From: a virus
Direction: 5' to 3' (one strand)
Virus record (IMG/VR): IMGVR_UViG_3300027747_002579
Coordinates: 43,672-107,671 of that record
DNA length: 64,000 nucleotides
Shown: positions 1 to 11,100 of the stretch, piece after piece
How positions within the stretch are numbered: the stretch's first letter is position 1
How the letters are laid out: each line of letters starts with the position of its first letter
Notes under the pieces: model-generated
What the model was told of the DNA's origin: nothing
The model's input: the letters and a program-made list of their open reading frames with translations, nothing else
Database searches by the model: none
Program-made: the position numbers and the translations under genes

Positions 1-3000
1 TTACAAAAGATAGTCAACAACATGAAATATTAAGGTTGATTAAAACTGGAGATGCATTAGTTAAACCTATGTTAACTAAAGGTAAATGGATTAATCATCT
101 TATAAAAACACAACCACAAGATCTTTATAATTTTGTTGATGCAGAACTAGCTGCTTTAGAAACATCTCCTATTGTTAAAGAAACCGCAGAAACTTTAGCA
201 GCAAGAAGATTAGAAGAATTATCAAACTATTATGACACCTTTGGTGAAGAAGGTGATTTATTATTTCAAGGTATAGATACTCCTAGTGGTATTGAAAATA
301 CTCAAGAATTTAAAGATGCTGTAAAAGTAATATATGATAAATATGATAAATTATTAGCTGATCTAAAAGAAACATCTCCTGCTGAAGAAACAGAAGTTAC
401 ACCAATTAGTCCTTCTCAACAATTAACAGAAAATGAACAACAGGATATATCTAATGAGTTAGACAATCTTGATGTTTCAACAGACAAAAGAGAAGAAGCA
501 AGAAAAAAACTAAAAGAAGAACTAAAAAGATTTGAACCAGAGAATTGGGAACAATTAACTAAATGGCTTAAGAAATTCTTTCCAAATGTTCCTGTATATA
601 GAGTGAAAAATATAATCACGTCTATAGATGGAAAAGAAGAAGTTTGGGGAATGTTTAAAGACGGAGCAATATATGTTTATGAAAATGCAGAAATAGGAAC
701 TGTCTATCACGAGGTGTTCGAAGCAGTGTGGAAAATGTTCTCTTCTCCAGAAGAACAAAAAGCAATAATAGATGAATTCAGACAGAGAAAAGGAACATTC
801 ATAGACAGACCTACAGGAGAAACAATTAAATACTCTGAAGCAACTCCACAACAAATAAAAGAACAACTTGCTGAAGAATTCAGAGATTATATTCTGTATA
901 AGAAAATCCCAGCAAAGCCCACATACGGAAAACCATTCATTCTGAAACTATTTTCAGATTTAGTGAATTTTATAAAAGAGTTTTTTACAGGAAATAAAGC
1001 ACAAATTAATACAGCCAATCTATTTGAAAAAATAAGCACAGGACATTACAATAAACCATCTTTGTATACATCAGCTCTTGCATTAGCAAACAAAGGAGTG
1101 ATTGATATAGACAGCGTGTTTGCTTCAAACTTTAGTGAGTTTAGATTGAAAGGAATTAGACCAAATGTTGTTGGTGACACTCTTCAACAAATGACTTATT
1201 CCATTCTCTATGATTTTGTTCAAGGGAACAAAAGCTTCTTCAATATTTCAAAACTAGACAAAACAGTTTATGAAAAAATACAAAAAGATGTATACAACAC
1301 ATTTCTTGTAAAATTAAAAACCATAAGAGAAGAACTAAAAGAACAAGAAAAAGACAAAGAAAAAAACAAGGTGAAAATTGATGTTTTAAACAATCAATTT
1401 AATGAATTAGGCTCTATGTATTTAAAAACTAAAGAGCAATGGGACGGTATGGTGGAAGAGCACATAGAGTATTTAAAGCCATACAACATTGAGTTTGAAG
1501 ACGAGGACAAGAATGAAGATAAAGAAGGAAGAGGAGATTATCAAGATGCAAGTACAATGGATGCTTTCAAGAAAGCTGATGGTGCTATAAAACTTCTTTT
1601 GTCTACGTTAGTGAGGGGAACCCTCAAAGATGGAAAAAGAGAAACTGGAGAATCTTCTATAGGAGGAGTTACACTACTTCCTCTCACTGAAGTTTTCATA
1701 AAGGTGAAAGAAAATGTATACACATCAAGAACTCCTGAAGAAATGATTGAGAGGATTCGTAAAATGGCTTTGAAAGACTCTAACTATCGCACTCTATACA
1801 AACGTCTTACTAAGACAGAATTTATCACCAACACTTTTAATCCACAAGATTTAGAGAAAGGACATCAGTTGCAGCTCATACAAGCATTGTGGAAAGTGAT
1901 GAAGCAACAAAAACCTTCTGTTAAAAACCTATACATATTTGAAAATGGTGAAATTGAAGTGGGTGATTCCAACTTCTCTTCTCAAATCAGAGAACAGAGA
2001 AATGAAATAGAAGCAGTTCTTCAAGAAAAATTAAGAAATTCTGAAAATCAATATTATTATTATAATGAAAAGTCTGAATATTACGTACGTAAAGCAAATT
2101 ATGATTCACGTAATTTAGGAAGAACTAATGAAGAAACTCTTTCAAATGAATTAAATTCTTTTGGAATTTCTTTCACAAAAGAAGAAATTTTAAAGATAAA
2201 AGAAAACGACAGTAGGAAGTATAATATTTTAAAAGACGCTGTAGAAGGTCTTAAAACTTCTATAAGCCTAGCTCCTGAACTTAAAGCAATTAGTTCAAAA
2301 TATTTAGATATTAACAAAAGACTTACACAAATTGCAGCAGTGAGAGTTTCTTTAGACAACCCTGAATATTCTAGTACATTCTTTAATGTAAAAGGAGAAC
2401 GTGTTCAAACTTTTATTGGAGAAAATGCAATGAGTTCTTTATTCAATACACTTTCACAAATTGAAAACCTTAGTGAACTACAAGGAACAAACTTTGAATA
2501 TCTTCTTACAGATGCATTTTCACAAAACTCTCGTCTATTAAATGAAATGTTTCATCCAATTAATAATGAAGATCCAAATTCAGGAAAAAAGAAAGTGGAA
2601 AACTATGATGACTTATTGTTTACAATTGGTTGGCAAGATGGAATGATTAATGAACAAACAGGAAAGAATAAACAATCTTCACAACTAAATTATAAAGAAA
2701 GACTTATACAAGAACTAAACCTTAATTTAAAAGGATGGTTTCTTAATCTTGTTCCTGGAGATGCTAGTTTGGAATGGATGGTGTTTATGGGAAATTTCAC
2801 ATCTCCTGAATCTATTAGTAAAGGAGATTGGACATCTGTGTATAGTAGATTTAGATCATTTCTATATTCTGAAATAGAGACTTCTAGAGAAGACAGAAGT
2901 ATTGTAAAACTTAGCAAAGAACAAGTTGAAAAAGGTGCTACACAAAGAGACTCAAAAGATTTAAGATTTTTCAAAGGAATTCTTTCAGAAAGTCTTCATA

Positions 3001-6000
3001 ACGAACTTGTAAATTCCACTAAAAGTATTGCTGAGATCCATTTTGCATACAAAGACAAAATAGACGAAGAAGTAAAAAAATACATTTATGACAAAGCGGC
3101 AAATGAAAAAGCAACACTAACTGACTATGGTATAATAGGACAAAGAAAAGAAAAGGACGGTAAGGCTGGAACCTATTATGCCAATGGATTAAATTTTGAA
3201 GATGATCAAAATGTTCCAATAGAAAGTATTGATAGTCTTATTTTATCAAATGTTATTAATTACACTGTTGCAAACATTGATCTTCATAAACTAATTTATT
3301 CTGATCCCTATCAATACAAGGATGAATTAAAACGTACAAAACTTTTCAACTCTCCTCACCAACCACTTATTGGAAACTCTGATGGAATGAATAAAGCCTT
3401 CTCTAAGTTTTATAATGAAGGATATGAGAAAGGTGATGTTCACTGGACAGAGTTTGAATCAGACATACTTAGATCAATCACTTATGATGATATACGAGGA
3501 GTGAGTGATAAAGGTGTTTGGGACGAAGGTGATGGAGGAGGAAAAATTATTTTCAAAGCATATAGACAATTTAGAATTAGAGAAAGTAATTGGAGTGATG
3601 ATAACGAGTTGCAATACAGATATGACGTAGCTTGGGAAAAGAGATATAAGAACGAACAACTTCCTAAAGAAGAACAAAAACCTCTTTCTGAAAAAGAACA
3701 AGAACTTTTAAAGAATGGTAATCCAGGAGTTGCAGATACATATACAGCTACAAAGCCTAAAATGGCAGGCAACAAAGCAAATGGTAAATCTTACAATGAT
3801 GTGTTATTAGACAAATGTGCGTTGTTCCCTATATCATTTAGAGTGATGATGGAAATAAATCCAACAGCAAATGCATTGAAGCTTTACAACAAAATGCAAA
3901 GAGAAAAGATAGACTATGTAATATATAAGAGTGGTAGAAAAGTGGGAGCTGAAGAAACAAATCCTGTATACACTGATAAGGGAGATTTTGATGAAACTCC
4001 ATTTAAGGGAGTGGTAAATGTTCCATTTAGTATAATAAGTAGACAATCAGAAACTCCTTCAAAAGAAAGTTCAAAAACAAAAATGGGTAGTCAAATCACT
4101 AAGATTGGCACTACAAACTTTACAGAAGCTGGCGTACCAATTGATTTTGCAGACTTTAATAAATCCACTAAGTTTTCTCCAGAACGTTTTTTAGAATGGA
4201 TGAATCTCACTCCTGAAGAAAAAGAAACAAGATCTCCTATACACAAAGAACTTCAAAACAACAAAAAACTCATTGATGAAATGAGAAATAACAATTACAA
4301 GTCTTTGTTGAAGAAGTTTGGTATAAAAGAATTTGGAAAGAAGGGTGAGGAGAAAATATACACAATTGATGATGTTAAAAAAACTGTTAAGTTGTTAAGA
4401 AAAAATCTTTCTTCTATTAACAACAACATGATTGACGCATTAGAAGATTTTGAAAATGGTACAACAATACTAGAAGCTACAAACTCCTATCAACAATTAA
4501 GAAATGTTCTCTTTGCAATTGCTGATAAACAAGTGATTAGTCCTAAAATAACAGGAGCACAATTAGTACAGATGTCTTCAGATATGTTAGAATCAGTGAG
4601 AGCTGAAAAAACAACAATCAATGGAAAAACAGGATATACATCAGATGTATTAAAGTTTTATGAAGACAAAGATGGTCAAAGAGTTTGTGAAATAATGGTG
4701 AGAAGATGGTTTGACAGTGATATGTCAGACAAAGAGTTGATGGATTATTTTAATAATAATCCAGAAGGACAAAAACAAATTGCTGCTCTTGCAGGAATTG
4801 CCTATCGTATTCCAACACAAAACAAAAACTCTATTGATGTCTTCAGAGTTGCTAAGTTTCTTCCACAAGAGTTTCGTGATGTTGTAATTGTTCCATCTGA
4901 ATTAGTTCACAAAGTGGGATCTGACTTTGACATTGATAAGTTGTTTATTTATTTAAAAAACATTGTTACAGGAAGAGATGGTAAACCTAAGCTTATAGAA
5001 TTTTTAGATGATAATAATTCTACAATAGAAGAAAGATATCTTAATTGGATAAGAAGTAATGCAAATCTTGATACTAGAAATTACATAAAATTTTTAACTA
5101 AAAAATCTGTACAAAATCTTAAATCTAATTTTGAATTAGTTCTTTCTAAGATTAAAGCTGATTATAAATTTATTGGAAAAGAAGAAAAAGAAGATCTTTT
5201 TCAAACATCATTAGAAACTTCAAAATCTAATATAGAATATGAAATATTTGACCAAGAAGCATATCTTCAAGAATTATTTGATATGGGGAAAAAGGTTTTC
5301 TGGAGAATGTCAGATGAAACTAGAGGACCTTTTTGGGAAGTAAGAGATTTTATTAGAAGTAGAAACATTAAAGGTCCTGATGAGATTAAAAGATATCTTT
5401 CTCTCACAATTGCTTTATTAGAAGATGAAACTACAATAGAAGATGATATTATAAAACTTGAAGGATTAGAAAAAATTTATTCTGAAGAACTCAGAGTGAT
5501 AGGAGAAACAAATGAAATTATTAATAGAATAAAAAAAGAAGCTCTTGATAATTTTAGAAAGAATAAAAAAGTATTAAGTGAAGCTCTTAGAGTAGATAGA
5601 TCAGCTGAATTTGAAGAATCTTTTGATATTTATAAAAACATTAAGTCTCAAATAAGTCTTGAAGCTGCTGAAGAAATTGCGAACATTGATGGTTTGTATA
5701 CATTTGAAGATTTTAAAAAACTATCTAAATATGAACAAAACAATATAGAAGCTTTAGAAAACGCATACATATCTTCTCTAGAAGTACTAACTTCTCATCC
5801 TTTAAACTATGAAAAATTAACATCTCCCAACTCAGCAAAAGAACTACAAGATTTGTCAATAGAAATTGTTAACAAACTTGGACTTGGTGCATTTGATTAT
5901 ACAAAAACATCAAACTTGTTAGATAGAAGATTTATGTCAAGAATCAGACATGCCTTTGTAACAGGAAAAAAAGCAATAGGTGTTGCAGCAACAACACAAA

Positions 6001-8180
6001 CAGGTCACTCATTATTTCAAAAAGCATTTATATATTTAAATGAACTTAATATAAAGAACTTAGACAAAGAAGATCAAGCGTTTGTTGGTGATGGTAAACT
6101 TAATTTCTTTAAAGAGAATGGTGATCCCAACTTTAATACAGTGAAAAAAGATGGACAAATACTAACCACTTTGTCTATGATAAAAGACCAAGCTGGAAAA
6201 TTCATTACAGATACTATAGGAATGTTTATTGATGGATATGTGGATATTGCTAATGGTCCATGGATTATGGAACTTGGTGCCACACCAAATGTTGCTCCCA
6301 CATTCTTGTTTCTTGTGAGAGCAGGGGTGCCTATCAAGACCATTGCATATTTTATAAACCAACCCATCATTCGTGACTATTTGAAATTGATGGAAACTGA
6401 AGGATTTTCTTGGTTGTTTGTTGATAAACTAATTGAAGAAATAAAATCTTCAGAAAAATATATAGTTTCTAAAGATGCAAACGTCACTCCTATTTCTCAA
6501 ATACCTAGCGACACAACGTTACTTGAAACAATAGGTAAGAAAACATTATCTGCTCAAGAAAAAACAGAACAGAAATATATACTTGATGAGTTTTTAAAAT
6601 ATGCAAAGATGGCAGATCAATTGTTTAATGTTACACAAGCAACAAACTTTGATACAGCAACAATTAACGATCCTATTCTTGTATTCAAGAAAATAGAACA
6701 AGTGAAGAAAGCTCAAAATTCTATAATAAGTTCTGTAGATGATGTTTTAGAAAGTTCATTCTTAGGAAACTTATTAGATACAATGAAGAAATTGAGAGAT
6801 GCTTTTGGTGAGATATTAATTTCTGATAAACAAGGATTGATGAGGAATGTAACAGAAAACATTCTTCTTCCATACATTAAAATGGATGATAGAGACTTTA
6901 CACAACTTGCTCAAAAACTTGTAAGTAATTTATTTGATTGGGCAGTGCAAGTGGGAGATGAGAAACTAAATTCAGAAATAAATAGAATTCTTCTTTCTAA
7001 AAAAGGAACAGCTTACCAAATGCAAGAATTTGCAAATAGTGTAAAAGCTAACCCTTTACACCCTTTGCACAATAATCAAGTGATAGAATTATTATTATCA
7101 AATGTTGCAGATAAAGACAATAAGCCTAACAATCTTAAAATTAAGGTGAAGGATAATAAAGTGTATAACCAAAACCAGATGATTTATTCTTTTGCAGAAA
7201 TTAAAGAATACCTAAACAGTAATGCAGGAAGAAAAGGACTTCCTTCTTATGATGATTTTGTAAAACTATCAGTGTTACAATCAGGGACATTGAATTCTCC
7301 AATATCATTTACATCACTAATTCCTTATGATGATTTCAAGAAATTATATGCAACAACAATTTCTAAATTACCATTCAGCAGCGATGTAAATATGTTTAAA
7401 AATCTTGATGTTTTCCAAAGAAACAATTGGAATAATTCAGAAATTGTTCCTAAAAAGAAAGCAAAATGGGTATTTAACGAGTCTTTTCAAAGTTTTAATT
7501 ACATAAATGATAATTTGAGATATAACGATTATTACAAGGACGTAGCAAACGCAATTAAAAACAATATTATTCCTGATGTTATAGCTCTTTCAACATTAAC
7601 ACAAGATGCTCATTTAGACATAGTTTCATATTCTTGGGAAAAACCATTAGTAGACCTACTCACTGAAGAAGAGTTAAAAGCCAATCCTGATGAATTTCAA
7701 AGAATAGCATTAGGAAGAAAGAAACAAAAAGAAATGAAGAGAAAAGCAGATTTTTCATACCTATCTAAAGGACTGTTCAAAAAGGTTTATCTTGCTCCCA
7801 ACGAACCTTACATGCTATTGGATGAAAAAAAGGGAGACAAGGGTAACAAGTTTGTTTACAAGATGATAAATGCTTGGGGAGATTCTTTCAGAGCAAATGA
7901 ATTCTATGATGTTCCAAGGATGTCTATTATTGATAACGGTTTTGAAAAAACAAGAGAAGTGAGTGATGCTGATATTATTAGTTATTTCACAGGCAACGTT
8001 TCTACAGAAGATACAATGTTTGATGGATTAACAGACTTCTCTGATGAAAGAAAACAAGAAATATTAACTAACTTTGGCAAGAAGCACAACATGACAAAAG
8101 AGCAATCTAAGTATTATATTAATTATGCTCTTCAGATAGACACACAAAAGAAAATCAACAAATTAAAAGAATGTTACTAA
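1..8180 (+). CDS. Giant virion-associated RNA polymerase (crAss-like, double-psi beta-barrel), with zincin-like N-terminal region; 5'-truncated by window
   Basis: Frame is open from position 3, so the gene starts upstream. Motifs RIPTQ (~4806) and GSDFDIDK (~4917-4940) are typical of crAss-like vRNAPs. HEVFE (~708) is a variant of the zincin HExxH motif. Confidence 0.9.
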   Translation, partial: TKDSQQHEILRLIKTGDALVKPMLTKGKWINHLIKTQPQDLYNFVDAELAALETSPIVKETAETLAARRLEELSNYYDTFGEEGDLLFQGIDTPSGIENTQEFKDAVKVIYDKYDKLLADLKETSPAEETEVTPISPSQQLTENEQQDISNELDNLDVSTDKREEARKKLKEELKRFEPENWEQLTKWLKKFFPNVPVYRVKNIITSIDGKEEVWGMFKDGAIYVYENAEIGTVYHEVFEAVWKMFSSPEEQKAIIDEFRQRKGTFIDRPTGETIKYSEATPQQIKEQLAEEFRDYILYKKIPAKPTYGKPFILKLFSDLVNFIKEFFTGNKAQINTANLFEKISTGHYNKPSLYTSALALANKGVIDIDSVFASNFSEFRLKGIRPNVVGDTLQQMTYSILYDFVQGNKSFFNISKLDKTVYEKIQKDVYNTFLVKLKTIREELKEQEKDKEKNKVKIDVLNNQFNELGSMYLKTKEQWDGMVEEHIEYLKPYNIEFEDEDKNEDKEGRGDYQDASTMDAFKKADGAIKLLLSTLVRGTLKDGKRETGESSIGGVTLLPLTEVFIKVKENVYTSRTPEEMIERIRKMALKDSNYRTLYKRLTKTEFITNTFNPQDLEKGHQLQLIQALWKVMKQQKPSVKNLYIFENGEIEVGDSNFSSQIREQRNEIEAVLQEKLRNSENQYYYYNEKSEYYVRKANYDSRNLGRTNEETLSNELNSFGISFTKEEILKIKENDSRKYNILKDAVEGLKTSISLAPELKAISSKYLDINKRLTQIAAVRVSLDNPEYSSTFFNVKGERVQTFIGENAMSSLFNTLSQIENLSELQGTNFEYLLTDAFSQNSRLLNEMFHPINNEDPNSGKKKVENYDDLLFTIGWQDGMINEQTGKNKQSSQLNYKERLIQELNLNLKGWFLNLVPGDASLEWMVFMGNFTSPESISKGDWTSVYSRFRSFLYSEIETSREDRSIVKLSKEQVEKGATQRDSKDLRFFKGILSESLHNELVNSTKSIAEIHFAYKDKIDEEVKKYIYDKAANEKATLTDYGIIGQRKEKDGKAGTYYANGLNFEDDQNVPIESIDSLILSNVINYTVANIDLHKLIYSDPYQYKDELKRTKLFNSPHQPLIGNSDGMNKAFSKFYNEGYEKGDVHWTEFESDILRSITYDDIRGVSDKGVWDEGDGGGKIIFKAYRQFRIRESNWSDDNELQYRYDVAWEKRYKNEQLPKEEQKPLSEKEQELLKNGNPGVADTYTATKPKMAGNKANGKSYNDVLLDKCALFPISFRVMMEINPTANALKLYNKMQREKIDYVIYKSGRKVGAEETNPVYTDKGDFDETPFKGVVNVPFSIISRQSETPSKESSKTKMGSQITKIGTTNFTEAGVPIDFADFNKSTKFSPERFLEWMNLTPEEKETRSPIHKELQNNKKLIDEMRNNNYKSLLKKFGIKEFGKKGEEKIYTIDDVKKTVKLLRKNLSSINNNMIDALEDFENGTTILEATNSYQQLRNVLFAIADKQVISPKITGAQLVQMSSDMLESVRAEKTTINGKTGYTSDVLKFYEDKDGQRVCEIMVRRWFDSDMSDKELMDYFNNNPEGQKQIAALAGIAYRIPTQNKNSIDVFRVAKFLPQEFRDVVIVPSELVHKVGSDFDIDKLFIYLKNIVTGRDGKPKLIEFLDDNNSTIEERYLNWIRSNANLDTRNYIKFLTKKSVQNLKSNFELVLSKIKADYKFIGKEEKEDLFQTSLETSKSNIEYEIFDQEAYLQELFDMGKKVFWRMSDETRGPFWEVRDFIRSRNIKGPDEIKRYLSLTIALLEDETTIEDDIIKLEGLEKIYSEELRVIGETNEIINRIKKEALDNFRKNKKVLSEALRVDRSAEFEESFDIYKNIKSQISLEAAEEIANIDGLYTFEDFKKLSKYEQNNIEALENAYISSLEVLTSHPLNYEKLTSPNSAKELQDLSIEIVNKLGLGAFDYTKTSNLLDRRFMSRIRHAFVTGKKAIGVAATTQTGHSLFQKAFIYLNELNIKNLDKEDQAFVGDGKLNFFKENGDPNFNTVKKDGQILTTLSMIKDQAGKFITDTIGMFIDGYVDIANGPWIMELGATPNVAPTFLFLVRAGVPIKTIAYFINQPIIRDYLKLMETEGFSWLFVDKLIEEIKSSEKYIVSKDANVTPISQIPSDTTLLETIGKKTLSAQEKTEQKYILDEFLKYAKMADQLFNVTQATNFDTATINDPILVFKKIEQVKKAQNSIISSVDDVLESSFLGNLLDTMKKLRDAFGEILISDKQGLMRNVTENILLPYIKMDDRDFTQLAQKLVSNLFDWAVQVGDEKLNSEINRILLSKKGTAYQMQEFANSVKANPLHPLHNNQVIELLLSNVADKDNKPNNLKIKVKDNKVYNQNQMIYSFAEIKEYLNSNAGRKGLPSYDDFVKLSVLQSGTLNSPISFTSLIPYDDFKKLYATTISKLPFSSDVNMFKNLDVFQRNNWNNSEIVPKKKAKWVFNESFQSFNYINDNLRYNDYYKDVANAIKNNIIPDVIALSTLTQDAHLDIVSYSWEKPLVDLLTEEELKANPDEFQRIALGRKKQKEMKRKADFSYLSKGLFKKVYLAPNEPYMLLDEKKGDKGNKFVYKMINAWGDSFRANEFYDVPRMSIIDNGFEKTREVSDADIISYFTGNVSTEDTMFDGLTDFSDERKQEILTNFGKKHNMTKEQSKYYINYALQIDTQKKINKLKECY

Positions 8181-8181
8181 T

Positions 8182-11100
8182 ATGGCATGTATAAATCCCA
8201 ACACCCCAGAATTTAAAGCAGCGTTAGAAAGAAATGGTGGCAATCCATTATTAGCTGAGATGGAATTAAGTGAGAAAGAAATTAAACCAGGAGTGGAAGA
8301 ATTATTCAATTCCTCTCCTGAGTTGGCTAATATAGGAACACAAGAACAATATTCTCAATACTTAGATAGTATATTTCCTGATAGTAAAGTAAAAGAAGTT
8401 TTATATCATATGACTTCTTATGATGGAAAAAAAGGAATAGAACAAAAAGGAAGATTTTTAAAACCTGGAGAAAAAGGTTATCAGAAAAGAGATTATGCAA
8501 CTACAGGAGGTATTTATTTTACAGATAATAATAGTTATGATGAAGATACAGAAATGTATGGTTCTCCTGTTACTGGTGCATATGGTTCAGCTTATGTATC
8601 AGCTATTCTAAATATTAAAAACCCACTCATTGATTTAACTAAAAGTTTTGGTGATATATCTAAAACAGAATTAAAAGATAATGATGGTTTTGTAGGTACA
8701 AATGAATCAAAAGAAATTGGCGTTCTTGAACCAGAACAAATACACATATTAGGAAATAAACAAGACATAGAAGGATTTAAAGAGTTTGTTAATAAAAAAG
8801 AAACAGCTCCTCTTCTTCAATTAGAGGAAGGACCTAAAAGCTCAAAAGCTTCCACTCAAACATTAAACAAAATAAAAGAGCTTGCTAAGAAAATAGGAGT
8901 GAGCATTCAGAGTCTTTCTGAATATGCAAAAAACAATCCTGATGTTAAAACATCTTCTATAAATGGATTGGCAGACTTAGTGAAATCAATTGTAGCAATT
9001 GCTGATGGAAAAGAAGACGTTGCTCTTACAGAAGAAATGGTGCACATTGCTACAGCAATGATAGAGCAAACCAATCCAACATTAATTACAGAAGCTATTT
9101 CTAAGATTGATAGATTCAAAATATACAAAAAAACATTAGACGCATATAAAGATAACAAGCACTATCAACTTCCTAACGGAAAACCTGACATACGCAAAAT
9201 AAAGAAAGAAGCTGTAGACAAACTAATTGTGGAAGTGATAATAAACAAATCAGAAGGCTCTACAGAATTTCCAGAATTAATGCAAGAAGAAAATGTTTCA
9301 TTTGTAAGAAAACTATGGAATAGAATTATAGATAAAATATTCTCTAAAGTGAAGGGTTCAAACATAAACATATTTGAACAAATAGGAGAAACAGTGTTAG
9401 AAGGAAACATTGAAGGACTTGCAAAAGATAAAGGTTTGACAGGCATATATTTGCAAACAGTGTCAGATAAACAAAAAGCTGTACAAGAAAGACTATTAAT
9501 AGACCAAGACAGAATAACAAAAGTTGTAGAAACTGCTTCTGTAGATCCAATGTTTTTAGACTCTGAAGACGCTAGTAATTTCTACAATATGAAAAATACA
9601 AGCGGTGTAGATGAGAGAGTGGTGAAGAGAGTGACAGACAGAGTGAAGGCTTGGTATAAGAAGAAGTTTGGAACAAAGGTGTTTAGTGAAGCAGAGAAGA
9701 AGTATAACAATATGTTAAGAGACTATGGTGTCAAAGGACACAATGATTTAGAAGAAATTCATTCTAGATTTTTTCATAAAGATGGTACACAAAAAACAAC
9801 AGCTTCTCCAAGACCTTCTAAATTCAATGTAGAAAGCGAAGATATTTATTTAAAGCTTGAAGAATATTACATAGATTTAATAAAGCTTTTAAAAAAACAA
9901 AACAATGGTGTTGTTCCTCTTGTCTTCTCTGAGGTGAAGGTTTATGACCCTAAAGAAAAAGAAGCAGGAACAATAGATTTTCTAGCAATAGACTCTAATG
10001 GAAAAGGACACATCCTTGATTGGAAGTTTATGAATATTAAAGGAGATGATGTTGCTTGGTATAAAAATGGTGCATTCGATATACAATTAGGAAGATATAA
10101 ACAAATGCTTCGTGATGTTTATGGAATAAAAGAATTTGGAATGATTAGAGCAATTCCTATCTCTATGGAATTCACTCTCTCCAACCCAAGAGATGTTAAA
10201 TCAGATTTGAAACTAAAAGGAATTGGTATTGGTAGTGCTGATTCTAGAAAAATAGAAGACATTAAATTAATGCCTATTTCTGAAAAAACAGAATCTACAG
10301 GATATTCTAAATTAGACAAGCTCATAAGCAATATGAATGCTTTGATGTCTAGCTATTCAAAAAAAGAAGTGACTTCTGAAGATGATAAACAGTTTAAAAT
10401 TGAAACGTTAGAGATATTAAGAAAGGCTATAAAGGTGGCACAAGCAACCAATAACTTAGTTCCAATAATTGATGTAATTGAAAAGATTAGAATAGAAGGA
10501 GAAAAGTTGTTAAATGATTACAACAGTAAATATAAAAATCTATCTCCTACAGACACTTCTGTCTCAAGAAGTGAAATAAATGATTTTTCAGAAAGGATGA
10601 GGTTATTTTACAATGCTTCTAATATTTTTACAGAAACAGGAAGACAATTGTCACAACTGATTTATGAAGAAGGGATGTTGGAAAAAGCTGTTTCTCCAGA
10701 AGAGAAAAAAAATGCAACAGAAAGAAAACAATTAGCAGATACACTAAAGAAACAATCTCAGGACATTGCAAACATGAGAGATGATATTAGAGATGAGAGT
10801 ATTGTGTTTGCAGATAAACAAATAGGAATACGAAATCTTATAACAGGACTTCCTAGTGCAGAAGCTGTATTAAAAGGACTAGGAGCTTTCTTCAGAGGAG
10901 CTTCAGACCTTCCTAATGCAGCAATTAGAGTTTTAGTAAAATTAACTTCTTCTGCCAAAGAAATTGCAGCAAAAGAGTCTTTCGATGAAGTGGAAGAGTT
11001 GATGAAAATAAGAAAGAAGATTGTTGATAGAGGTGGAGATGTTAGATCTTTTGTAAAGAAAATCTATAGAAAGAATGAAAAGAACGAAGTGGTTAATAAG

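Noticed and set aside
4960-5740. Possible intein after the vRNAP DFDID motif
   Set aside because: No intein N-terminal block, terminal HN or LAGLIDADG motifs; looks like a helical insertion.
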